From a virus (Duplodnaviria; Caudoviricetes), in IMG/VR virus record IMGVR_UViG_3300033122_000343: 64,000 nt of DNA; one strand, given 5' to 3'. Position 1 is the first letter of the stretch. Each line of letters opens with the position of its first letter. The notes under the pieces are model-generated. The model saw only the letters and a list, made by a program, of their open reading frames with translations. It was not told the origin of the DNA and made no database searches. The translations under genes and the position numbers were made by a program. This document shows positions 31,665 through 41,184 of the stretch, piece by piece.

Positions 31665-33787
31665 TAATATCCGCTACTACTTGAATATGATGATGTTGAT
31701 GATGTTGATGATGTTGAAGTTGACGGTGTTGTTGATGTCGTTGATGTTGTTGATGTTGTCGGGGATGATGATATTGGTTGACTGCTTTCAGAATGTTCTG
31801 CACCTGTCATTAAAGTACCATCTGCCATAGTGTGATATTCGCCATAATAAGGAACACCATTGACATATCCAACTAAAAGTGATTCGCCTGTGCTAGTTAT
31901 AAGAGCACCACGAACTTTTGCTCCATTTGAATAACTAGATTTTGGATTAAATCTAGTACCAGAAACATTTGCACCTGAAGATATTGAATCTTCTAATGTA
32001 CTAAATGTGCTATTACCAACGTCTAATTGAAGATATAATTCTTTTCTTGCAAGAACATCATTTGATAAAGGTATTGCCTCAATCTCAATTACATTATCTG
32101 CTTGAACGGTAGAAGTAATATTGACAGTGTTAATAATAATTTCGCCCTTTTCATAATCAACTGTTCCAAATTTAGTGGAAATAATCTTAATTGATTCTGT
32201 ATTAGTTTGTTGAAAAAGAAAAAGATTTCCAATTTTAGATCCAGAAACAACTTGATCAGCCATATAAACGGTGCCAACAACCCCAGAAACAGAAAATCCA
32301 GTACTCTTGATGTTATAAGAGGGATTACTGTAATAAAATTCGTTATCGTAGCAAAGTTCATATTGGGAAAAGACGTTAACGTTTGCAATTAAATTTCTTC
32401 TAATTTTTACTGTTGTTATATTTGATGTTATTGCCGTATTTACTCCATCAATTAATGAAATTACCTTTGAATATTTAAATCTACCGCCAAATTTATTCAA
32501 TTCTTGACTTTTTGAGTATTGTGTGACGGCATTTACTATGTCACTCTTTAAATTTTCAATATCACCAACAAAATTTGTGTTGTAATAGACAAAACTGTCT
32601 AATTCAACGAACAAATACTTCAAATTTACAAATTCTGGCACTATTCCAGCAACGGAATAGTTTTTCAAAGACCTTAAAAGTTGTTTTTTTGTTGAATTTG
32701 CTAAAAATAACCCATTTCTTGGTTTTGCTGCGATAAAAACACGTCCAAATTGTGGAGGATTTAACTCTTCCCCACCATATGCACTAACTGATTCAATGTT
32801 TGGGTAAATTGCGGGCAAAATTGCTTCATAATCATTTGCTGTTACTGCTCTATTTTGTGCGGAATAGTTTCTAGGTGCATAATTTTTAATACTTTCGACA
32901 GTTTCAATACTATCTCCATCACTTGCTTTAGTTAAAACTTGGAGATTAGGTGAAAAATCGGTGATGACAGTGTTTTGATCATCTACAATTGTCCCAGTAA
33001 ACTCAAAAAATGATGCTCCGTTACCATCTTTACCATTTGTTACTATGTATGAAGATTCAATTATATTTCCAGTACTAAGTTTATTACCGAAAATTCCATC
33101 ACCAAATAAAAGTTCATATTTTTCATCAGTTGTTTCTTGAATTAAGTATATGTTTGATGTGGATTTAATACCTGCTATGTTATTTACAAGGGTATATTCA
33201 GTTGCTGTTGATGATGCATCTGATTCTTTGATTTTTACTCTCAATGTAGAAGTGTCTACACCATTATTTGGAATGACATATCTTTGATTTGCCTGAGATT
33301 CATCTACAGTCCAAGATTTTTCAAGATACTGACCCTGAAAAATATCAACGGTACCTACACTTTCACCACCAGCAGATGAAAATATTACTTTTTCTGGTAT
33401 GGAAAATATAAAATTTGTGTCAGATAGAGGTGAATTAGCAAAAACACCTGGTTGAAAGGTTATTGTAGATGTAGTAGAACTAAAACCACTTATATTACAA
33501 AGAACTTTTGCTTTTGCAGCACGTCTTGAACGTGGAACATACCCAATATTTCTTGCTAAAGATACAACATTTTCTCTAAGAGTTGCTGAATCTATAAAAG
33601 ATTCATTTGCAACCATATTTGTATTGTAGGCAGTTATGTAAGAATTATATGCAAGAAGATTTATTATTACTGATAAATTAGAACCTTCAAAATCATGACC
33701 AGAAAAATCACTACTTTGTCTGATATAATCTTTTATTGAAGTTTTTATATCTTCAAAATTTAAATTTGTAAACTGAGTAAGTGCCAT
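31664..33787 (-). CDS. gp6: Baseplate wedge gp6
   Basis: FTNLNFEDIK..DFEGSNLS..LAYN..NESFIDSATLRENVVSLARNIGYVPRS; QNRAVTANDY; Ser/Thr tail. Confidence 0.95.
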   Translation of the reverse strand: MALTQFTNLNFEDIKTSIKDYIRQSSDFSGHDFEGSNLSVIINLLAYNSYITAYNTNMVANESFIDSATLRENVVSLARNIGYVPRSRRAAKAKVLCNISGFSSTTSTITFQPGVFANSPLSDTNFIFSIPEKVIFSSAGGESVGTVDIFQGQYLEKSWTVDESQANQRYVIPNNGVDTSTLRVKIKESDASSTATEYTLVNNIAGIKSTSNIYLIQETTDEKYELLFGDGIFGNKLSTGNIIESSYIVTNGKDGNGASFFEFTGTIVDDQNTVITDFSPNLQVLTKASDGDSIETVESIKNYAPRNYSAQNRAVTANDYEAILPAIYPNIESVSAYGGEELNPPQFGRVFIAAKPRNGLFLANSTKKQLLRSLKNYSVAGIVPEFVNLKYLFVELDSFVYYNTNFVGDIENLKSDIVNAVTQYSKSQELNKFGGRFKYSKVISLIDGVNTAITSNITTVKIRRNLIANVNVFSQYELCYDNEFYYSNPSYNIKSTGFSVSGVVGTVYMADQVVSGSKIGNLFLFQQTNTESIKIISTKFGTVDYEKGEIIINTVNITSTVQADNVIEIEAIPLSNDVLARKELYLQLDVGNSTFSTLEDSISSGANVSGTRFNPKSSYSNGAKVRGALITSTGESLLVGYVNGVPYYGEYHTMADGTLMTGAEHSESSQPISSSPTTSTTSTTSTTPSTSTSSTSSTSSYSSSSGY

Positions 33788-34191
33788 TATAGTCTTGTCG
33801 TTTCTAAGATGAAGTTAACGATTTGAGGAAGACCTGATAGACCAATGATGTCATATGAAATTTCAACTTCTAAACTGTTCTCATCAGGAGTTGGTTGCAC
33901 TTTTACATTTTTTAAATTTACTCTTGGTTCAAAATTTGTTATTACAGTTTCAATTTCGGTTTGAATAGGGTCAGTAAAATCTTTTGATGCAAGTTCAAAT
34001 AAAGAACCAGTTATTCTTGTTCCTAATAAATTATCAAAAAATACTTCTCCTACTTGAATTCTCACCAAATTTTGCACTGAACGTTTGATAGCATCCTCAT
34101 TTTTTAGAGGAATAATATCATTTGTTATAGGATGACGCTTAAAAGATAGAGAAATATCCTTAAAACCTCTTGATATTGATGTGAGTGGCAC
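33787..34191 (-). CDS. gp25: Baseplate wedge gp25
   Basis: FKDISLSFKRHPITND..LKNEDAIKRSVQNLV..GE; NFEPRV; GTG start. Confidence 0.93.
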   Translation of the reverse strand: MPLTSISRGFKDISLSFKRHPITNDIIPLKNEDAIKRSVQNLVRIQVGEVFFDNLLGTRITGSLFELASKDFTDPIQTEIETVITNFEPRVNLKNVKVQPTPDENSLEVEISYDIIGLSGLPQIVNFILETTRL

Positions 34192-34216
34192 CTTGGTCGA
34201 TCTTATTTATTGATAT

Positions 34217-34867
34217 TTATGACCTTTCCTTCGATGTTTTCCAAAAATAATTTTCTTCATTACCTAAACCATCACGATCATGACCATTTTCTACCTGATA
34301 ATATACCGTTGATACTTTGAAATCAGGGTCTTTTGGATGTTCTGGTGTAAGACTATTATCATATATTCTCATTCTATTATTAGGGTATAGACAGAACTGT
34401 CCATTATCCAACTCTATAAGGTTAGAAGATTTATGTTCAGTAGGATTTTCACTTGTTGAGTAATCTATTGCATCAACGTCTTGATGATAATTATCTAATG
34501 TACAAATATATGTTCCTTGTTGTAGACCATAATCTCTTGTCATCACTTCAAAGTGCATAGAACCTATAAATTGTTTCTGAACAGCGACCACACCATAATC
34601 CATACAATTCCAAAATTGTAAGTTATGTAGTTCCATATCAGGATCTGGTTTTTCTGGTGACGATAAAAAAGCACTGATTGGTAGTTTGTCATACATCGCT
34701 GCATAATCTGGTAGATATGTTTCAAAATAAAATGCACGACCAGGTATTGATTTTGCTGCCACCCAAATTCCTTTTACATATTCTCCGTGTCCGCTTTTGT
34801 GATCTGTTAAGTATTCTTTTCTAACCCATACTTCATAAGCGGGTAAGTTACAAATTAGTGCTGCCAT
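34217..34867 (-). CDS. Conserved cyanomyophage hypothetical protein
   Basis: LICNLP..VWVRKEYL.DH..GHGE; EHKS.N.IELDNGQFCLYPNNR. Confidence 0.8.
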   Translation of the reverse strand: MAALICNLPAYEVWVRKEYLTDHKSGHGEYVKGIWVAAKSIPGRAFYFETYLPDYAAMYDKLPISAFLSSPEKPDPDMELHNLQFWNCMDYGVVAVQKQFIGSMHFEVMTRDYGLQQGTYICTLDNYHQDVDAIDYSTSENPTEHKSSNLIELDNGQFCLYPNNRMRIYDNSLTPEHPKDPDFKVSTVYYQVENGHDRDGLGNEENYFWKTSKERS

Positions 34868-35031
34868 TAATCTTCGTCCATTCCTACATATTCAACCATT
34901 ACATCATCTGGATGTGGAAAACCTTTTGTGTAAAAATCATCCGCTAGATCTTGCGTAATTTCCATCATTTCTTCCTCTGGAACCTTTTCATGAACCAATT
35001 CTCCACTGACAAATATGTTGTATTTTTCCAT
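34867..35031 (-). CDS. Small acidic hypothetical protein
   Basis: MEKYNIFVSG..MEITQDLADDFYTKGFP; start refined to ATG 35031. Confidence 0.65.
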   Translation of the reverse strand: MEKYNIFVSGELVHEKVPEEEMMEITQDLADDFYTKGFPHPDDVMVEYVGMDED

Positions 35032-35083
35032 TAAAAATAGTATAATTATCACATGCTATATAGAGCAGTTGAGTTCTTAATTG

Positions 35084-35845
35084 ATGGCAAAAGGTTTCAA
35101 GGTGGTAACAAAACCGCCAACTTCTTCAAAGAAGAGTGAGAGTGAATTCAGTATCGAAAAGGCAAGAGAACTAATTAAAGGAAAAGCAATTGTTTTCTGT
35201 TTGCCTGGTCGTGGTGTATCTTACACATTCTTGAAAAACTTCGTACAACTTTGCTTTGAGTGTGTACAACAAGGAGCGAGTATTCAAATCTCACAAGATT
35301 ACTCCTCGATGGTAAATTTCGCACGTTGCAAATGTTTAGGTGCGAATGTATTGCGTGGACCTGATCAAATACCTTGGGATGGCAAATTAAAGTATGATTA
35401 TCAATTATGGATCGATAGTGACATCGTATTTGGATTAGAACAGTTCTACAAACTATTCTGGATGCAAAAGGACATTGCTGCTGGTTGGTACGCTACAGAG
35501 GACGGTAGAACCACTTCTGTGGCACACTGGTTAGAAGAGGATGACTTCAAAACAAATGGTGGTGTTATGAATCACGAAATGGTTGATGGTATACAAAAAC
35601 GCAGAAAACCGTTTACCGTTGACTATACAGGTTTTGGATGGGTTCTTATTAAAAATGGTGTTTTTGAACATAAAGAAATGAAGTATCCATGGTTTGCTCC
35701 GCAAATGCAGGTATTTGATTCTGGAGAAGTTCAAGATATGTGCGGTGAAGATGTCTCATTCTGTCTTGACGCTATAAAAGCGGGATTTGAAATTTGGTGT
35801 GATCCTACATGCCGTGTAGGTCATGAAAAAACGAGAATTATTTAA
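35084..35845 (+). CDS. GT-A fold glycosyltransferase-like protein
   Basis: VNFARCKCLG, LWIDSDI (DxD), VDYTGFGWVLI, YPWF, CGEDVSFC, VGHEK. Confidence 0.8.
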   Translation: MAKGFKVVTKPPTSSKKSESEFSIEKARELIKGKAIVFCLPGRGVSYTFLKNFVQLCFECVQQGASIQISQDYSSMVNFARCKCLGANVLRGPDQIPWDGKLKYDYQLWIDSDIVFGLEQFYKLFWMQKDIAAGWYATEDGRTTSVAHWLEEDDFKTNGGVMNHEMVDGIQKRRKPFTVDYTGFGWVLIKNGVFEHKEMKYPWFAPQMQVFDSGEVQDMCGEDVSFCLDAIKAGFEIWCDPTCRVGHEKTRII

Positions 35846-37240
35846 TTATAAAACAGTAACTCTGTGAAACTTTGCAAAATGTTCCGCTTGCTCCCATGTA
35901 TGAACCATAGGTTCACCCCAAATGTTGAGTGAGGTGTTTAATAACACTGGACATCCAGTTTTTTCATACCAACGCTCCAATATAGGTCTTAATACACTCG
36001 GTGAATCTTTTGGCACTGTTTGTACCCTCGCAGAATTGTCTACATGCAATGCTGCGGGGATTTCTTTTGGTTTTTTACAATTATAGACATATGACATGTA
36101 TCTAGACTCTTTTGGCATGTCAAAATAATCTTGTGCATGTTCCTCAAGGATGGCAGGAGCAAAAGGTCTAAATTTATGACGTTTTTTGATTTTATTCATA
36201 TGTCTTTTCATCTTCATCGTTCTAGGATCGCCTAGAAGACTCCTATTTCCTAATGCCCTTGGTCCAAACTCTGCTTTTCCGTTTGCAATGCCACAGCGTC
36301 CGTCAGATAGGAGTATGTCAACGACATCACTAGGGAAACATGGTCTATCGATGTTAAATCCTGTATATGGAGTAAATTTTATTTTTTCTCTAGTAATTAA
36401 TGCTGCTGCACCGAGAGATCCACCAGCATCGCCAGGATTTGGCATAATCCAAAGATTGCACATCTTTTGTAACTTGCTGTTTGCGACACAATTAAGTGCA
36501 ACACCACCCCCATAGCAAATATTGTCTGAATATTGTTTTGCGTGTTTAAATATTTTTATCAAAGAGTCCTCTAAAAGAATTTGAGCACATTTTGCGACAT
36601 TTTCGGGTGTTTTATCTTTTAAATATTTTTGAAAGCGTTGATTTACGCCTCTATGACAATTTGAGTAGAATATATCCTGTAAAATTTCTGTAGTATAGTT
36701 ATCAGAGCGTCCAAATGCTGCTTGACCCATAAAAATATACTCTTCATCAAGTGGTTTCCATCCTGCCCACTTAGTAAGTGCGGTATACCAGAGTCCTATT
36801 GACTTGGGATAGCGATACGACCAAATTTTTTTGTATTTTGCTTTACCATTTATCATTTTTGCCTTCCAAATCGAAGATGTGTCCCATTCTCCGATACTAT
36901 CAACCACAACACACGCTGCTTCTTCAAAATTACTAGTTTGAAAAGCTGCAGCAGCGTGACAAAGATGATGTGGAAAGCATTTATCAGGTTTAATTGGTAA
37001 TTTTCTTGGTTTTAACGCTGTTTTAAACTGTCCTGCAAAAAATTGACGTGTTTTTTTCAATAAAGGTCTTTCATAAAACCCAACTTTCTCTTTTGGATCA
37101 ATAATATAAGGTTTTAAGCAAAGTTTCTTGTCGTGTTTCTTTCTACTCCATCTTTCTGCATGATCCGCATTCACTATTATGCCGTTTTCTATAATACATA
37201 GTGCTGCATCATGAAATCCCTCACTATATCCAATAGTCAT
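35846..37240 (-). CDS. Carbamoyltransferase (NodU/CmcH family)
   Basis: GFHDAA, ERWSRKKHD, HHLCHAAAAF, GGVALNC, PGDAG, EFGPRALGNRS, FRPFAP, PVLLNTSLN. Confidence 0.95.
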   Translation of the reverse strand: MTIGYSEGFHDAALCIIENGIIVNADHAERWSRKKHDKKLCLKPYIIDPKEKVGFYERPLLKKTRQFFAGQFKTALKPRKLPIKPDKCFPHHLCHAAAAFQTSNFEEAACVVVDSIGEWDTSSIWKAKMINGKAKYKKIWSYRYPKSIGLWYTALTKWAGWKPLDEEYIFMGQAAFGRSDNYTTEILQDIFYSNCHRGVNQRFQKYLKDKTPENVAKCAQILLEDSLIKIFKHAKQYSDNICYGGGVALNCVANSKLQKMCNLWIMPNPGDAGGSLGAAALITREKIKFTPYTGFNIDRPCFPSDVVDILLSDGRCGIANGKAEFGPRALGNRSLLGDPRTMKMKRHMNKIKKRHKFRPFAPAILEEHAQDYFDMPKESRYMSYVYNCKKPKEIPAALHVDNSARVQTVPKDSPSVLRPILERWYEKTGCPVLLNTSLNIWGEPMVHTWEQAEHFAKFHRVTVL

Positions 37241-37246
37241 AATAAA

Positions 37247-37888
37247 TCAAAAGTAATATTTACCATCCAAATCAATGAGGTGATCCCATTCTTCTTTGTT
37301 TGGTAGTACTTTATTTAGGTCTACAAAAAAAGATTGCAAAACTATTCTTGGATGGTTGCCAGATTTGTAATAATGCCATGCTTTATCCATATTATTAAAG
37401 GCAAACAATCTATTAGGTTTCCATTCTACTTCAACTTCTCTTTTATTTGATTCAAAAGTGGCATTCAGTCTATGATAATCATCATACTCAGAGTCATTTT
37501 CACATAATATTGTCCCATATGTTTCATCTGGACTTATGTACAACACATTGGTAAAAAATCTGGCATCATAGTCACAATGCATAGGCATAACATAGTTTGG
37601 TGGACATACTGCCCAATGCATAATTTTTTTAACAGGAGAAGGATACCCTGAGTAGAGATATTCAACATCTCTGAACTTGGGCATCATTTTATGAACTACG
37701 TTTGCTTCAGGTAATATATCTGTATCACACCATCTTATCCATTTACCTGATGGTGTTAATTTTGGATTTCTATGATACGCCATTAATTCATAATGTGCCA
37801 TCCTTTTGATTTCTTCCCAACGCTCTTTACTAAGGAAATCATCAATCACCATGTGTTGCCATGGATCAGTGTTAATCTTCTTCTTCAT
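37247..37888 (-). CDS. 2OG-Fe(II) oxygenase
   Basis: PWQHMVIDDFL, HxD (MHCD), GT.L, WKPNR, WHYY..R. Confidence 0.8.
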   Translation of the reverse strand: MKKKINTDPWQHMVIDDFLSKERWEEIKRMAHYELMAYHRNPKLTPSGKWIRWCDTDILPEANVVHKMMPKFRDVEYLYSGYPSPVKKIMHWAVCPPNYVMPMHCDYDARFFTNVLYISPDETYGTILCENDSEYDDYHRLNATFESNKREVEVEWKPNRLFAFNNMDKAWHYYKSGNHPRIVLQSFFVDLNKVLPNKEEWDHLIDLDGKYYF

Positions 37889-37961
37889 AGATAAATGGAT
37901 CTTGTTTGCGAAGTTTCCATAATTTATATTCTGTTTTAATCCAACGAATTAATCTTCTCAT
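37872..37961 (-). CDS. 29-aa basic/aromatic micropeptide (DPFIY type)
   Basis: Manual translation MRRLIRWIKTEYKLWKLRKQDPFIYEEED; ATGA overlap with rSAM stop; overlaps next start. Confidence 0.75.
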   Translation of the reverse strand: MRRLIRWIKTEYKLWKLRKQDPFIYEEED

Positions 37962-39103
37962 GTTAGTAAGGGGAAAATTTGTTTCCAATTTGTGCCACGC
38001 AATCTATCTAGGTCATCAAGATAATTTAGTAATATTTGATGCATTTTTGGATCTCCTTCTCTCCACATATCACGATGAAGAGTGACACTAACTTCTTTTA
38101 CATCGTTATTAATGATTTTTTTGATATGTTGAGGTAAATGTCTTGGTTGTAAAAACTCAGGTGTTAAAACTCTATTATACACATCATCTGGTTTTAGTCC
38201 ATGTCTTTCTAACCAATCAAATGTTTCTTTAATTGATAGTAAAGCGAGTGAGGTAGGAGTAAATGTGGCGGATACATTATCAAAATCAAAAACATTTTTT
38301 ACAGTACTATGCCAATCAGTTGGGTAACGCAAATAATTATTTACTTCTGCAACCCCATCCATGCTCCATTGAAAACTAACAAATTTGAAGTTATCAATAT
38401 ATTTTTGCATCTTATCTCGTTTCATACAAGTAAAGTTTGAAACATATGCTAAATTTATTTTTTTACTACATCCGTTAGAAATTAACCTATCAAGTAATTC
38501 AAAGTGTCCTTTCATCAATGCAGGTTCACCACCACAAAAAGTAATACTGTTGATTTGATCGCTGTGTTTTTCTATATCTGCCAATATCTCATAAAATCTA
38601 AATGGATTTACTTTTTTAAAATCTGTTTCAAGTATATTGTCATCCAATTCGAGAAGATCATAATAATCTGAATTTACCTCTAATAATTGTTTGACTCTTT
38701 TGTTTCTTGTACTTGAGTCTTCTGGTCTACATCCAACACATTCTAAATTACAATTCATACTATAAATGTTTAATTCCAAATTTATTCCAGTTTCATATTT
38801 TCTCATCAATCTGGGTGAGGTTCCTGTTTCTTCTTCTCTTTTTATACATTTACTACAAACTTGTTCTAATAATTCTGTTCTCTCTCCACTTAACATATCT
38901 CGTCTTACCTCAGACAAGAAGTCTCCATAAAAATATTCAAAAGGTAATTGCTTTGATGGTTCGTAAATTGTTCTCTTTCCGTTTGGTTTATGTACATTCA
39001 TCCAACAACATGGTTTGTAACCAGTCTTGGGATTATTTCTAATAAAAGTAAATGGATATGGACAGTAAAAACCTGATTTATTTTCGCTCTTTAAGAAAGA
39101 CAA
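37958..39103 (-). CDS. Radical SAM protein with N-terminal twitch/SPASM-like cluster (paralog of 2955-4256)
   Basis: CNLECVGC, FCGGEP, WSMDG, LRYPTDW, LDRLRGTNWKQIFP. Confidence 0.9.
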   Translation of the reverse strand: MSFLKSENKSGFYCPYPFTFIRNNPKTGYKPCCWMNVHKPNGKRTIYEPSKQLPFEYFYGDFLSEVRRDMLSGERTELLEQVCSKCIKREEETGTSPRLMRKYETGINLELNIYSMNCNLECVGCRPEDSSTRNKRVKQLLEVNSDYYDLLELDDNILETDFKKVNPFRFYEILADIEKHSDQINSITFCGGEPALMKGHFELLDRLISNGCSKKINLAYVSNFTCMKRDKMQKYIDNFKFVSFQWSMDGVAEVNNYLRYPTDWHSTVKNVFDFDNVSATFTPTSLALLSIKETFDWLERHGLKPDDVYNRVLTPEFLQPRHLPQHIKKIINNDVKEVSVTLHRDMWREGDPKMHQILLNYLDDLDRLRGTNWKQIFPLLT

Positions 39104-39112
39104 GAGATTCTC

Positions 39113-39850
39113 TTAAACCTCTACAAGGTTATATATGTCAATCAAATATTCAGCAATTCTTTGATGACCTATTGCTGATGGGTGCCCACCTCTTAATTGA
39201 CCAACACCTAAGTCAGGAGCATAATTTTCAGGTTTTATCAAATGACTATCAAGAACGCTATTTTCCCACATCAAATCAGGAATATCTTTATTCTCACATA
39301 ATGTTTTCCAATTACAATCTATTATTTTTTGATCATAATGATGAGACTTCATGTCAACAAAAATATAACGTATGTTTTTTGATTTAAAAAAAAGTTCTAA
39401 GAGATGTTGATTCTTCCATCTATTTTGTATACCCATCATATCACTGTATATCGATCTATAATAAATTGAAGCTGTAAGAAGTTCTTCTCGTCTAGTATTA
39501 CTGAACCTTTGTGATTTACTGGCATGTCTCATAGTTTTATGAATACACATCCATCTTTCTTTATTTTTTTCATCATACCATAACCATCTTGATGGTTCTG
39601 TAAATTGAATGACTGCAAGATCTGCATTGTTATTAGTAAACCAACTGATTGTTTTTTCTACGATCCAATCATTTGAAACACCCGATTGTGCAAGATTAAC
39701 GACTTCTGCATTTAATTTATTACCCAAAATGGTGCTATATCTTTTCTCTTCCCTTATTTTAGATGCACTCTCTGAATGTACACTATCATGACCTAATCCT
39801 TCTAGTTCTGCACCCCAAGTAATACTACAACCATTAACAAAAATTTTCAT
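39113..39850 (-). CDS. SGNH/GDSL-like hydrolase or acyltransferase
   Basis: NGCSITWG, NLAQSGVSND, IQFT...R, GGHPSAIGH..IA. Confidence 0.75.
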   Translation of the reverse strand: MKIFVNGCSITWGAELEGLGHDSVHSESASKIREEKRYSTILGNKLNAEVVNLAQSGVSNDWIVEKTISWFTNNNADLAVIQFTEPSRWLWYDEKNKERWMCIHKTMRHASKSQRFSNTRREELLTASIYYRSIYSDMMGIQNRWKNQHLLELFFKSKNIRYIFVDMKSHHYDQKIIDCNWKTLCENKDIPDLMWENSVLDSHLIKPENYAPDLGVGQLRGGHPSAIGHQRIAEYLIDIYNLVEV

Positions 39851-39854
39851 TGAT

Positions 39855-40553
39855 CTAAATTTGGTCTATCAATTTAATCAATTCATCGGCGATCATACGA
39901 TGTCCTTCTTTATTTGGATGTGCTTTTGGAGCTCTAGGTAAATTTTGTACATCCAATTGTAAATCAAAATCCAATCTTGTCCACTTGTTTATTGACATTA
40001 TTATAAGAGGTATCTTATTCACTTTGCAATGATTCTTGATTGTATGATAATGTATTTCTTCTTTTGTATCATAAAATTCTTCACTCGTTACGACTCTGTA
40101 GTAATCATGCCAGAATTCTGCTTCTCTGGTAAACTTCTCACTTAATTTTTTTGTTTTTGTGCCACATAAGGGACAATTATAATGAAAGTTGCTTTTGCTG
40201 TTTGCGTCAACCTGCCCTACAATCCCTCTCTTCCATGGTCGTTCATAATGAGCTTTACTAAAATTATAAGATGGATTAACCCTTATCCATTTCTTTTCGT
40301 AATCAAAATAGAACTCCGTTCTTGCAGGGTATGACATTTGTATGATTGCCAAGTCATACATTGATTTAATATTATTTTCTACTATCAAATTCCTTACTAT
40401 TCTATCATTTGAACCACCAGACTTACCGAAATTTGTTTCACGGCAATCATAATGATCAGACAATAATTTAGAAAATCTTTCTAATTCAGGTAATTCAAGT
40501 TCAGATCCTCTTGTCCAAGAGCATCCATCAAAATAAATGCTTTTAGGTTTCAC
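39855..40553 (-). CDS. SGNH/GDSL-like hydrolase or acyltransferase (tandem paralog)
   Basis: DGCSWTRG, NFGKSGGSND, IQMS...R, AHPNKEGH..IA. Confidence 0.75.
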   Translation of the reverse strand: MKPKSIYFDGCSWTRGSELELPELERFSKLLSDHYDCRETNFGKSGGSNDRIVRNLIVENNIKSMYDLAIIQMSYPARTEFYFDYEKKWIRVNPSYNFSKAHYERPWKRGIVGQVDANSKSNFHYNCPLCGTKTKKLSEKFTREAEFWHDYYRVVTSEEFYDTKEEIHYHTIKNHCKVNKIPLIIMSINKWTRLDFDLQLDVQNLPRAPKAHPNKEGHRMIADELIKLIDQI

Positions 40554-40555
40554 TG

Positions 40556-40768
40556 TTAAAAAATATCATCATTATTAAAGGTATCACTATGTCTCCATAT
40601 ATTATCTTTCAAATCAGGTATATGAACAATTTTTATGTCTTCTTTACTATAGACAGATTTAATACCTGCATCTATCAGTTGTTCAAATTCTTTTTTCTTT
40701 TGTTCTGCTTCTAATTTCGTGAGATTCTCAAAAGCAATCTTTTTATCTAAGTAGACTTGGTAACTCAT
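40556..40768 (-). CDS. Hypothetical protein
   Basis: 70-aa ORF coupled to both neighbours. Confidence 0.6.
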   Translation of the reverse strand: MSYQVYLDKKIAFENLTKLEAEQKKKEFEQLIDAGIKSVYSKEDIKIVHIPDLKDNIWRHSDTFNNDDIF

Positions 40769-41154
40769 TGGATCATTGTGCGTGTGGGTTTTCCATCCCT
40801 ACCTCTTATATATCTCTTTTTTTTACCCTCATTTTTTATTCTGCACCATTCTGTAATATCACGGTGTCTTTGTTTTGAATAGAAGGGTTGTTGAATATAC
40901 CAAGTTTCAAAATTGTCATGATTTTTTGAATGATTGCATCTTTCACAAGAGCATATCACGTTTGTCAACTCATTAGTACCACCAAGGCATTGTGGGATAA
41001 CATGATCTATAGTCATATCACTATGTTCAGTTCCACAGTAGGCACATCTGTGTCTCCATTTGTCTTTAATTGCCTGTCTCCACATTCTCGTCGCTTCTGC
41101 TTTGTTTTTAGTTTTTAATTGATATAGATACTCATGTGGAGAAGATAGGAGCAT
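40765..41154 (-). CDS. HNH endonuclease
   Basis: CAYCG..TIDHVIP..GGTN..N..C.CERCN.SK. Confidence 0.9.
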   Translation of the reverse strand: MLLSSPHEYLYQLKTKNKAEATRMWRQAIKDKWRHRCAYCGTEHSDMTIDHVIPQCLGGTNELTNVICSCERCNHSKNHDNFETWYIQQPFYSKQRHRDITEWCRIKNEGKKKRYIRGRDGKPTRTMIQ

Positions 41155-41184
41155 AAATTATTATATGACTATGACTATTTACAA

